Origin: a virus
Taxonomy: Duplodnaviria > Heunggongvirae > Uroviricota > Caudoviricetes
Direction: 5' to 3' (one strand)
Length of the DNA stretch: 7,066 nucleotides
Virus record (IMG/VR): IMGVR_UViG_2531839200_000011
Location: 1 to 7,066 of that record
The translations under genes were made by a program, and so were the position numbers. Within the stretch, counting starts at the first letter, position 1; each line of letters opens with the position of its first letter. The notes beneath the pieces were generated by a model. The model had not been told where the DNA came from. It worked only from the letters and a program-made list of their open reading frames with translations, and did no database searches. Below are positions 1 to 6,664 of this stretch, piece by piece.

Positions 1-210
1 ACGTTCAGCGCTGGTGAGCCCACCATCACCGCCCCCGGTATCCCGCTCATGCTGGCGAACCCAGACACGCAGAGTCTCCGGCGTACAGCCAATCTTTGGG
101 GCAATGGAACAAATTGCCGCCCACTGTGAGTCATATTCATCCTGACTTTCCAGAACCATACGAATCGCCCGCTGACGGACTTCGGGGGAAAAACGAGTAT
201 TTTTAGTCAT
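1..210 (-). CDS. IS3-family transposase OrfA (HTH subunit), N-terminal 70 codons; 3' part lies outside the window
   Basis: ATG at complement 208-210, preceded on the minus strand by GAGG-containing AGAGGTAAACAGG. The translation is a characteristic IS3-family OrfA N-terminus. The frame is open to the window edge. Confidence 0.85.
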   Translation of the reverse strand, partial: MTKNTRFSPEVRQRAIRMVLESQDEYDSQWAAICSIAPKIGCTPETLRVWVRQHERDTGGGDGGLTSAER

Positions 211-264
211 CCTGTTTACCTCTTTCTCAGGGAGTTTAGTCTCCAGGATTTCCGGGGCGGTTCA
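1..264 (-). mobile_element. Partial IS3-family insertion sequence (IS629/IS1203-like), left-end terminal inverted repeat at about 211-264; the element continues beyond the window start
   Basis: The minus strand of 1-210 translates to [70 protein letters not shown], which matches from memory the N-terminus of IS629-type OrfA. The reverse complement of 211-264 starts TGAACCGCCCCGG, a typical IS3-family TG terminus. Base composition and coding change abruptly after about 264. Confidence 0.8.
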
Positions 265-497
265 CTCAGGCTGAAATAGGTCGTTATATGGGGGTCGCTC
301 AACAGACGGTTTGGCAATGGTTTAGCTTTGGCGTTCCCCCAAAGCAGGTAATTCCGTTATGCCAACTAATGAAGTGGGAAGTTACCCCGCATGAAATCCG
401 CCCAGATATTTATCCTAACCCAACCGACGGTTTACCTGTTGGATGTAAGGTTAACACATCAAATGCGCCGGAGTTGATTCATGAAAATCAAGCATGA
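265..497 (+). pseudogene. 5'-truncated cro/ydaS-type HTH regulator gene, interrupted by the IS insertion
   Basis: The frame is open from the IS junction to the TGA at 495-497 and reads ...QAEIGRYMGVAQQTVWQWFSFGVPPKQVIPLCQLMKWEVTPHEIRPDIYPNP.... This has the recognition-helix signature (GVxQQxVxQW) and the C-terminal 'RPD' motif of YdaS/Cro-like proteins. The N-terminal helices and promoter are missing. The ATG at 288 is probably an internal Met, not the native start. Confidence 0.6.
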
Positions 498-906
498 ACA
501 CATCCGCATGGCGATGAATGCCTGGGCGCATCCGGACGGCGAAAAAGTACCGGCTGCGAAAATTACCAAAGCGTATTTCGAGCTGGGAATGACGTTCCCG
601 GAACTGTATGACGACAGCCATCCGGAAGCCATGGCTCGCAATACTCAGAAAATTTTCCGCTGGGTGGAGAAAGACACTCCTGATGCGGTTAAAAAAATTC
701 AGGCGTTGTTACCAGCGATCGAAAAAGCGATGCCGCCTCCGCTGGTGGCCCGAATGCGCAGCCACAGTTCCGCTTATTTTCGGGAGTTGGTAGAGACGAA
801 GGAACGGCTGGTGAAAGATATTGATGATTTCGTTGCATCAGCGATCGTTCTGTTCGATCAGATGAATCGTGGTGGCCCGGCAGGAAACACTCTGGCTGTG
901 CATTAA
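481..906 (+). CDS. ydaT: YdaT-family protein (lambdoid prophage early gene; putative CII-like/toxin-like protein)
   Basis: 141-aa ORF beginning MKIKHEHI and ending ...VH, the characteristic start of Rac-type YdaT as I recall it. GGAG lies 8 nt upstream. The start overlaps the 3' end of the cro-like remnant, consistent with an operon. Confidence 0.7.
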   Translation: MKIKHEHIRMAMNAWAHPDGEKVPAAKITKAYFELGMTFPELYDDSHPEAMARNTQKIFRWVEKDTPDAVKKIQALLPAIEKAMPPPLVARMRSHSSAYFRELVETKERLVKDIDDFVASAIVLFDQMNRGGPAGNTLAVH

Positions 907-919
907 TTGGGTAATAAAT

Positions 920-1429
920 ATGAGTAATGACAAAAAATTGACACTGAGCGTTTACGAAAACAGTCCGCACATCTGGCGTGGCGGTTTATCTGATGTGGAG
1001 CTGGCAGAGTGGTTGATACATAAAGCTAATGCGCTGCTCTGGCGTTTGTCAGCCAGAGAACAGCGCAAGGAAACCAGAATAAAGCTGGCTGATGCAGAAG
1101 CGTGTGCCGGGCTTATTGAGGATTATACAAATCTTGGTATTTCTTCAGCAGAGAGTGATCCCATTCAGCCTCTGAGCAGGGAGTCAATCCAGCACGCTGG
1201 TTGTATGGCACATCTTGTAACTGCTCGTCAACATGAGGTGGGTATTGGATCACTTCCGGCGGGATATTCGCTGATTCCAGAGCTGGTTGAAGCAAGAAAA
1301 TCAGTTCAGAAAAAGAGAGATGACGCACTTCAATTATTGAGAGAGCACTATGGCGCGATACCAGAATGCGAACAGCGTCGATACCCTGAAGGTTATGAAT
1401 GGATGCAGTCTCTTTTTGAAGTTCGCTAA
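920..1429 (+). CDS. Hypothetical prophage early protein (169 aa)
   Basis: ATG at 920 lies 13 nt after the ydaT stop and the frame is open to TAA at 1427-1429. Composition is protein-like (MSNDKKLTLSVYENSPHIWRGG...). No family recognised. The track ORF starting at 869 overlaps ydaT and is probably an artefactual 5' extension. Confidence 0.5.
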   Translation: MSNDKKLTLSVYENSPHIWRGGLSDVELAEWLIHKANALLWRLSAREQRKETRIKLADAEACAGLIEDYTNLGISSAESDPIQPLSRESIQHAGCMAHLVTARQHEVGIGSLPAGYSLIPELVEARKSVQKKRDDALQLLREHYGAIPECEQRRYPEGYEWMQSLFEVR

Positions 1430-1646
1430 TCAATATGTCGAGACGAAGGTATGTTTCGGCGCGCAGCCAGGCTCTGTAATCCGGGAGCATTTCGGGGCTG
1501 TTACACCAGCGGTTTGTTGCTGCAACATTTAATACATGAGCCTGATAAAGGCTTTTCAAAAAATACATGTCGAACCTCCTCTGGTTCTGTCGATTGGGAA
1601 CCACAGATTATATCCGGAGGAAGGTTCGGCACCAGATGAGGTAGCC

Positions 1647-2738
1647 ATGCGTGATTACGCAAAAGTTTCTCCGCGATTCTGGCTGGGAGAAACGGGGAGA
1701 GAACTTAGAAAGGCGGGTGCAGAAGCGCAAGTTGTTGCTTTTTACCTGATGACATCCCCTCACGCAAATATGCTGGGTTTGTATTACCTGCCAGTTTTAT
1801 ACCTTGCTCATGAAACCGGGCTTGGTCTGGAAGGGGCTTCAAAGGGGCTTAAAAGGGCTGTTGAAGCTGGTTTTTGTAGCTATGACCATGATGCAGAGAT
1901 GGTCTGGGTCCATGAAATGGCAGCCTGGCAGGTTGGGGAAACGTTGAAGCCTGGCGATAACCGTTGTGCAGGTGTCAGGAATGAGTATGCATCATTACCT
2001 GAAAACGCTTTTCTGTCAGTGTTTTACGACAGATATAAAACGGATTTCCATCTGGATGTGAGGCGGAATAATAGCCGAAATTCGGTAAGGGGCTTCGAAG
2101 GGGCTTTTAAGGGGCTTCGAAGCCAAGAACAGGAACAGGAGCAGGAGAAAGAACAGGAACAGGACAAAAACACTATGGTTCATGGCAAAAAAAACACCAC
2201 GAACCAGGCAGGGGATGTTCAGACCGTCAATCCTGGTCAGCCAGCAGGCACGACACCGGAAGCCGATTCGGGCGCTGTGCAGCAGGTGATGACCGCAGGG
2301 TCGGAGCAATCACACCAACTGCAGCAGCCTGAAGCCGATTCCGCCATTCAGCGGGAAGCCGATCGGGTAGTCCCGGAAAGCACCGGGCAGTCTGTGGGAC
2401 GAGTGGATTATCCGGATGTGTTCGAACAGGTCTGGCGGGAATACCCGTTGCGTGCTGGGGCAAACCCGAAGAAATCCGCTTTCAGTGCCTGGAAGGCCAG
2501 ATTGCGCGAGGGGGTGCCACCAGAGACCATGCTGGATGGTGTGAGGCGTTACGCGAGATACCTGGCGGCGACCGGGAAAGCGGGAACGGAATTTGTTCAG
2601 CGAGCGACGACGTTTTTTGGGCCGGACCGGAATTTTGAAAACCCCTGGTTGCTCCCGGTAAGCGGCACGAACAACCAGCGTTGTGTGAATCATATTTCTG
2701 AACCGGATACCGAAATTCCGCCGGGATTCAGGGGGTGA
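1647..2738 (+). CDS. Phage replication initiator / replisome organiser with DnaT-like (primosomal protein 1) C-terminal domain
   Basis: The ATG at 1647 has GAGG 6 nt upstream; an alternative in-frame ATG at 1536 has no SD. The C-terminus ...VNHISEPDTEIPPGFRG matches the C-terminal signature of E. coli DnaT from memory. The N-terminal part (MRDYAKVSPRFWLGETGREL...) resembles YdaU/DUF1376-type phage replication proteins. The gene sits immediately upstream of a DnaC paralog, mirroring the chromosomal dnaT-dnaC pair. Confidence 0.8.
   Translation: MRDYAKVSPRFWLGETGRELRKAGAEAQVVAFYLMTSPHANMLGLYYLPVLYLAHETGLGLEGASKGLKRAVEAGFCSYDHDAEMVWVHEMAAWQVGETLKPGDNRCAGVRNEYASLPENAFLSVFYDRYKTDFHLDVRRNNSRNSVRGFEGAFKGLRSQEQEQEQEKEQEQDKNTMVHGKKNTTNQAGDVQTVNPGQPAGTTPEADSGAVQQVMTAGSEQSHQLQQPEADSAIQREADRVVPESTGQSVGRVDYPDVFEQVWREYPLRAGANPKKSAFSAWKARLREGVPPETMLDGVRRYARYLAATGKAGTEFVQRATTFFGPDRNFENPWLLPVSGTNNQRCVNHISEPDTEIPPGFRG
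1831..1860 (+). repeat. Three tandem 11-bp repeats AAGGGGCTTnn (third copy degenerate) inside the replication gene
   Basis: Read directly: aaggggcttc(a) at 1831, aaggggctta(a) at 1842, aagggctg at 1853, with 11-bp periodicity. Confidence 0.5.
2087..2124 (+). repeat. Three perfect-core tandem 11-bp repeats AAGGGGCTTnn plus palindrome GGCTTCGAAGCC; candidate iterons of an internal origin
   Basis: Read directly: aaggggcttcg (2087-2097), aaggggctttt (2098-2108), aaggggcttcg (2109-2119). ggcttcgaagcc (2113-2124) is a perfect 12-bp palindrome. The core is the same as in the 1831-1860 cluster. Confidence 0.5.
2127..2168 (+). repeat. In-frame hexanucleotide repeat (GAACAG)n-like, 7 units, encoding an EQEQEQEKEQEQDK linker, followed by an A-rich tract
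   Basis: Read directly: gaacag gaacag gagcag gagaaa gaacag gaacag gacaaa. It is in frame with the 1647 start. An A-rich stretch (gcaaaaaaaacacc) follows at about 2185-2198. Confidence 0.9.
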
Positions 2739-2744
2739 TGTGGC

Positions 2745-3491
2745 ATGAAAAACATTGCGGCAGCCGGGGTTCTTGAACGTATTCGCAGACTTGCACCACA
2801 GGCGTCGGTTCCACCGTACCGGACGGTGGAGGAGTGGCGGGAATGGCAACTTGCTGAAGGACGAAAACGCAGCGAGGAGATTAACCGCCAGAATCACCAG
2901 TTGCGGGTGGAAAAAATCCTGAATCGTTCGGGCATCCAGCCTCTGCACAGCAAATGCTCGTTTGCGAATTATCAGGTGCAGAACGACGGGCAAAAATACG
3001 CGCTGAGCCAGGCCAAATCCATAGCTGACGAACTGATGACCGGGTGCACGAATTTTGTGTTCAGCGGTAAAACCGGCACCGGGAAAAATCACCTTGCAGC
3101 GGCGATGGGTAACCGGCTGATGGCGAAGGGGCGCAGCGTGATTATCGTCACCGTGTCTGATGTCATGAGCGTGTTGCATGACAGCTACGACAACGGCAAA
3201 TCCGGGGAAAAATTTTTACAGGAGCTTTGCAGTGTTGATTTGCTGGTCCTGGATGAAATAGGCGTTCAGCGGGAGACGAAAAACGAGCAGGTGGTATTAC
3301 ACCAGATAATTGATCGCCGGACAGCATCACTGTGCAGTGTCGGGATGTTAACAAACCTGAATCATGCCGCAATGAGTACACTTCTTGGTGAGAGGATTAT
3401 GGACCGCATGACCATGAACGGTGGTCGATGGGTGACGTTTAACTGGGATAGCTGGCGTCCAAATGTCAGCAATATGAGGGTTGTGAAGTAA
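2745..3491 (+). CDS. dnaC: DnaC-family replicative helicase loader (prophage DnaC paralog, YdaV-like)
   Basis: The 248-aa ORF starts 7 nt after the upstream stop, with a GGGGG tract upstream. Walker A FSGKTGTGKNHLAAA has the unusual GKN also found in E. coli DnaC. Walker B is DLLVLDEIG. The C-terminal stretch GMLTNLNHAAMSTLLGERIMDRM...WVTFNWDSWR is closely DnaC-like from memory. Confidence 0.9.
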   Translation: MKNIAAAGVLERIRRLAPQASVPPYRTVEEWREWQLAEGRKRSEEINRQNHQLRVEKILNRSGIQPLHSKCSFANYQVQNDGQKYALSQAKSIADELMTGCTNFVFSGKTGTGKNHLAAAMGNRLMAKGRSVIIVTVSDVMSVLHDSYDNGKSGEKFLQELCSVDLLVLDEIGVQRETKNEQVVLHQIIDRRTASLCSVGMLTNLNHAAMSTLLGERIMDRMTMNGGRWVTFNWDSWRPNVSNMRVVK

Positions 3492-3512
3492 TTTTGTCCG
3501 GAGGAAATTTTA

Positions 3513-4283
3513 ATGGAAACCGTATCTGACGCACTGAAAGCACTGAAAAAAGCCTCTTCACATGTGGTGGCAGCTCGCCTTGGAATCAGTCGTGAAGAGG
3601 CTGTCAACGAGCTGTGGGAACTCAAAATAAATGGCGTCGTTGATAAAACTGGTCACACCTGGTTTCTGGCTGGCGAAGGTGAATCCCGGGTAACCGAAGA
3701 GCGGCCAGTAAAATCTGAAGCACAGGATATGCTGACCGGGGAGGTCGAACAAAAAGTTACCGCAGACATGATGATTGAGTTTATCGGTCAGGATGGGGCT
3801 AAAACGTGTGAGGAACTGGCGGGTAAGTTCGGTGTCAGTACTCGCAAGGTTGCTTCCACGCTGGCGGTGGTAACCGCAACGGGGCGGCTGGCACGCGTTA
3901 ATCAGAACGGTAAATTTCGTTACTGCATGCCGGGCGATAATTTACCAGCAGAGCCGAAAGCCGCGCTGGTAACGGAAAGTGATGGTAAGGCCTTTCCTCA
4001 GCCAGCAGGTGCTGCGTTACCAGTCCGGGAAGCCGCAACACAGGAAGAAATTAAAACAGAAACTGTGGCGGACATTGTGCAGCCGTTGCCATCGTTTACC
4101 GAAACGCAAGCAGATGAGCTGATTTTTCCGTCCCTTCGCAGGGCAAACCTGGCGCTGCGCAGGGCGAAAAGTGATGTTCAGAAGTGGGAGCGAGTCTGCG
4201 CCGCGCTGCGGGAGCTGAACAAGCACCGGGATATTGTTCGACAGATTACTGATTCTTCCCGCCGTGTTGTATCGGAAAAGTGA
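3513..4283 (+). CDS. Hypothetical prophage protein (256 aa) with two predicted winged-helix-like modules and a basic/coiled C-terminal segment
   Basis: GGAGG 8 nt upstream of the ATG and a long open frame. Two internally similar segments, ...VAARLGISREEAVNELWELKINGVV... and ...ELAGKFGVSTRKVASTLAVVTATGRLARV..., are followed by an acidic linker and RRANLALRRAKSDVQKWERV. Confidence 0.7.
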   Translation: METVSDALKALKKASSHVVAARLGISREEAVNELWELKINGVVDKTGHTWFLAGEGESRVTEERPVKSEAQDMLTGEVEQKVTADMMIEFIGQDGAKTCEELAGKFGVSTRKVASTLAVVTATGRLARVNQNGKFRYCMPGDNLPAEPKAALVTESDGKAFPQPAGAALPVREAATQEEIKTETVADIVQPLPSFTETQADELIFPSLRRANLALRRAKSDVQKWERVCAALRELNKHRDIVRQITDSSRRVVSEK

Positions 4284-4298
4284 TTGCCGGAGGCGCTT

Positions 4299-4712
4299 AT
4301 GGCAAAAGTATTTACACAGGAAGAGCGGGAAAAAATTAAAGGGCAGGTTGTTGAGCTAGTACGCCGGAGTGGGCGCGAGACGTTACGGCAACTGGAAGCC
4401 AAGACAGGTGCGACAAGATATCTGATGAGCGTTCTTGCCAGAGAGCTGGTTGCCAGTGGCGATGTATACAACTCTGGTTACGGGTTATTCCCATCTGAAC
4501 AGGCTCGTAAGGACTGGCAAAACGCCCGCAAAAAACTATCGAGGGCAAAACTGAAGAAACCGGTTGTGGTTGATCCTGACCTTATCTGGTCATTACCAGA
4601 CGGAGAAATACGCCGCTATGACAGGCAATTGAACATAATTTGTAGTGAGTGCCGTAACAGTGAAGTGATGCAGCGAGTTTTGATATTTTACACAGGAGTA
4701 ATGATGGAATAG
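4299..4712 (+). CDS. Hypothetical prophage protein (137 aa) with one winged-helix-like module related to those in the upstream gene
   Basis: ATG at 4299 with GGAGG 6 nt upstream, 15 nt after the previous stop. The segment VVELVRRSGRETLRQLEAKTGATRYLMSVLARELVASGDV follows the same pattern as the upstream modules. The track start at 4284 would overlap the upstream stop. Confidence 0.65.
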   Translation: MAKVFTQEEREKIKGQVVELVRRSGRETLRQLEAKTGATRYLMSVLARELVASGDVYNSGYGLFPSEQARKDWQNARKKLSRAKLKKPVVVDPDLIWSLPDGEIRRYDRQLNIICSECRNSEVMQRVLIFYTGVMME

Positions 4713-6060
4713 TGAAAATAACATGAAACCTTTGGATTCTGGTGTTTCAGTGGATGGGAAAAGAGCAGATACATAGAAAATGAATAGCAATAATTCACAG
4801 TCTGGATGTTGTTTGTATGCTTATAAAATGATCCTAGTATGCATTGCCGGAGTTGAATCAGCTCCAATGAAGAAACTGAGAGGAGTATTTAGAAGATAGC
4901 TAAATGGATGTAATTATTAGTATCTAAAAAATAGTATTTTTGAAATGGGTCTAAGAACACAACAATGTACAAATGAGAAGTTATCTTTTAATATGTTCAA
5001 AGACCCATTAGGATTGATATCAGTTATGTTAGCTAGATTGATAAAGTGATTACATATTTTCTGTTATATGCTGAAATGAATAATGCTATTCCAGAGTGCA
5101 GCAGAGAAAGTCTCCTGATGATTGAGCTCTGGAAATTGTACAATAGAAAAATTACTGTATTTTTCTGTCAAAATATTTCTCAAAACAGATTCCGCTTTGA
5201 TGGCTTCAGGATATAAAGATGCGGAGTAATCAAGGCTAAGATTTCCGTTAAGCAAGCATATACTTTTAGTGTGCTTTGATTCTGATATATCATCTTTAAT
5301 TATCTTGATGATTCTTTCATTCTGCCATAGAAGTGATGGTGCAGATATATAATAATAGTTAAAGCATGAATTATTTTTTAAGCAATCAAGCACAAAAATA
5401 GCACCTAGCGAGTGCCCCCATATACCGATTCTGGAACTGTTCGGAGCAATAGTACTAACCCATGGCATGATCTGAGTTAGTAATAATTCTCGGAAAGACT
5501 GGCTTCCTCCACCAGTAAAGTAGATCCATGCTGGTTTAGAGTTATCAACAATAGCATTTTCACCATCAGGAGTATAATCGTAAGCACGGCGATGAATGCT
5601 AAGGTTATTCCAAGATTCATAACCAAGTGTAACTAACACTGGTGGATTGGGTAGTGCATCAATAACAGGCAGAATATCAGAAATGTAATTGTTGGCACTA
5701 TTCCCATCAAGTATATAAAGAGTTGCATTATTTTTTTTAATGTTTTTTGGAGTAAAAATACATATTTTATATTTGGTGTCATGGTTAATTGAGTTAAATA
5801 TGCGTGTTTGACAATGAATGTCCATATGTTTAGTCATGCGTTCTCCCCATGAGCATTAAAGGATGCTTAAGATATGCTATGTCACTGATAAAAAATTTGT
5901 TGTGTGTGTTTAGTTATTTTATCTACCTCCATTATGATTTAAGACTGATATATGTTATCAGCAAAGGTACATCGTTATTATTTTACCTGTCAATACATTT
6001 GATATTGATTATCGTTTACATCGCTTGCTTAGGAAATTGAAGGCAGGTAACTATCATGTC
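4713..6060. other. AT-rich island (moron-like cargo insertion) between the phage replication module and the hok locus
   Basis: Composition shifts sharply to AT-rich sequence across this interval. It holds a single convincing gene, on the opposite strand to all flanking phage genes, flanked by non-coding AT-rich DNA. Confidence 0.7.
5064..5837 (-). CDS. Alpha/beta-hydrolase, esterase family (PF00756-like 'putative esterase'; Fes/IroE/esterase-D-like fold), encoded in an AT-rich island
   Basis: 257-aa ORF on the minus strand; on that strand the start is preceded by GGGGAGAACGC, i.e. a GGAG about 5 nt upstream. Nucleophile elbow G-H-S-L-G (IGIWGHSLGA), an upstream YILDGN motif and a C-terminal His (ELNHQETF) fit a Ser-Asp-His esterase. 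No obvious N-terminal signal peptide. G+C looks roughly one-third by eye versus above 50% in flanking phage genes. Confidence 0.75.
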   Translation of the reverse strand: MTKHMDIHCQTRIFNSINHDTKYKICIFTPKNIKKNNATLYILDGNSANNYISDILPVIDALPNPPVLVTLGYESWNNLSIHRRAYDYTPDGENAIVDNSKPAWIYFTGGGSQSFRELLLTQIMPWVSTIAPNSSRIGIWGHSLGAIFVLDCLKNNSCFNYYYISAPSLLWQNERIIKIIKDDISESKHTKSICLLNGNLSLDYSASLYPEAIKAESVLRNILTEKYSNFSIVQFPELNHQETFSAALWNSIIHFSI

Positions 6061-6319
6061 AATGAACTAACCCACAGTCTAACGTACTTCTTTCCCCAAT
6101 CACCAACAACCAAATTCCTGTTATCACCACTGGGATTTTGGCGCAACTTCATGGTGCAGAGGTAAATAGCATCAAGCAAAATCTCTTTTTCCGTTGTTGT
6201 CCTTATGGGACGTCTGTCTTTCTGACCGATTTCATATTGGCGAGGTAATGGGAAGTTAAGTAGAATAGCTGCGGGTGCTTGAGGCTATCTGCCTCGGGCA
6301 TGAACACCAACGGCAGATA

Positions 6320-6400
6320 GAGAAAAGCCCCAGTTAACATTACGCGTCCTGCAAGACGCCTAACATTAATCTGAGGCTCAATCTATGAACGGCAAATCTA
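6320..6400 (-). ncRNA. sok: Putative Sok-like antisense RNA region (approximate), antisense to the hok leader / upstream ORF start
   Basis: Inferred from hok/sok architecture. On the minus strand near 6390-6430 there is TTGCCT, a 17-bp spacer, then TAACCT as a weak promoter-like pair. A stem-loop (atctgcc...ggcagat, 6286-6319) lies in the leader. The boundaries are not determined. Confidence 0.3.
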
Positions 6401-6441
6401 GGTTAGCCTCTTACGTGCCGAAAGGCAAGGAGAAGCAGGCT

Positions 6442-6597
6442 ATGAAGCAGCAAAAGGCGATGTTAATCGCCCTGATCGTCATCTGTTTAACCGTCATAGT
6501 GACGGCACTGGTAACGAGGAAAGACCTCTGCGAGGTACGAGTCCGAACCGGCCAGACGGAGGTCGCTGTCTTCACAGCTTACGAACCTGAGGAGTAA
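6442..6597 (+). CDS. hok: Hok/Gef-family type I toxin (51 aa membrane peptide), near-identical to RelF/HokD as recalled
   Basis: The translation MKQQKAMLIALIVICLTVIVTALVTRKDLCEVRVRTGQTEVAVFTAYEPEE is a canonical Hok-family sequence. An in-frame upstream ATG at 6385 gives the 70-aa track ORF, which may be the leader or a Mok-like reading frame. Confidence 0.9.
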   Translation: MKQQKAMLIALIVICLTVIVTALVTRKDLCEVRVRTGQTEVAVFTAYEPEE

Positions 6598-6664
6598 GAG
6601 ACCTGGCGGGGGAGAAATCCCTCGCCACCTCTGATGAATCAGGCATCCTCAACGCACCCGCACT

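Noticed and set aside
288-497. Track ORF starting at ATG 288 as an independent 69-aa gene
   Set aside because: The frame stays open upstream to the IS junction and the sequence is the C-terminal half of a Cro/YdaS-type HTH protein, so the Met at 288 is internal. It is annotated instead as an IS-truncated remnant.
1113-1604. 163-aa minus-strand ORF overlapping the 3' half of the 920-1429 gene and the gap before the replication gene
   Set aside because: It is antisense to a plus-strand ORF that is positioned like an operon member directly after ydaT, and I recognise no motif in it. Most likely a chance open frame, although it cannot be fully excluded without conservation data.
1831-2168. The short tandem repeats considered as a CRISPR array or a transposon-end repeat
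   Set aside because: Repeat units are 6-11 bp, contiguous and in-frame within a coding sequence, with no spacers of CRISPR size. They fit iterons or a coding low-complexity linker instead.
2310-3179. 289-aa minus-strand ORF (with nested 2016-2309 and 2227-2463 ORFs)
   Set aside because: It lies antisense to the DnaT-like and DnaC-like coding sequences, whose sense-frame translations carry recognisable family signatures. Its Arg/Pro/His-rich, low-complexity translation is typical of antisense frames of GC-rich genes.
4780-4884. 34-codon small ORF encoding a Cys-containing peptide (MNSNNSQSGCCLYAYK...) at the left edge of the AT-rich island
   Set aside because: No Shine-Dalgarno sequence and no recognisable partner modification enzyme nearby. 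Short ORFs are expected by chance in AT-rich DNA.
4944-5009. 9-bp inverted repeat aatgggtct / agacccatt separated by 48 bp, downstream of the esterase gene
   Set aside because: The loop is far too long for an intrinsic terminator. A 9-bp inverted repeat within about 100 bp is expected by chance a few times in 7 kb.
5849-6040. 63-aa plus-strand ORF in the AT-rich region upstream of the esterase gene
   Set aside because: Very AT-rich, hydrophobic low-complexity translation with no RBS, lying in the likely promoter region of the divergent esterase gene. Probably a spurious ORF from AT-rich sequence.
6054-6152. 33-codon minus-strand ORF (MKLRQNPSGDNRNLVVGDWGKKY...) ending at the right boundary of the AT-rich island, possibly a 5' remnant of a gene truncated by the island
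   Set aside because: No RBS (the upstream sequence on that strand is CCTCT), an orientation opposite to the backbone operon, and too short to evaluate. Kept only as a note on where the island boundary may lie.
6385-6441. In-frame N-terminal extension of hok (MNGKSRLASYVPKGKEKQA-) as the true toxin start
   Set aside because: Hok-family toxins are about 50 aa and start at the MKQ... Met. The upstream ATG is more likely the leader/Mok-like reading-frame start involved in translational coupling, though its exact role is unresolved.
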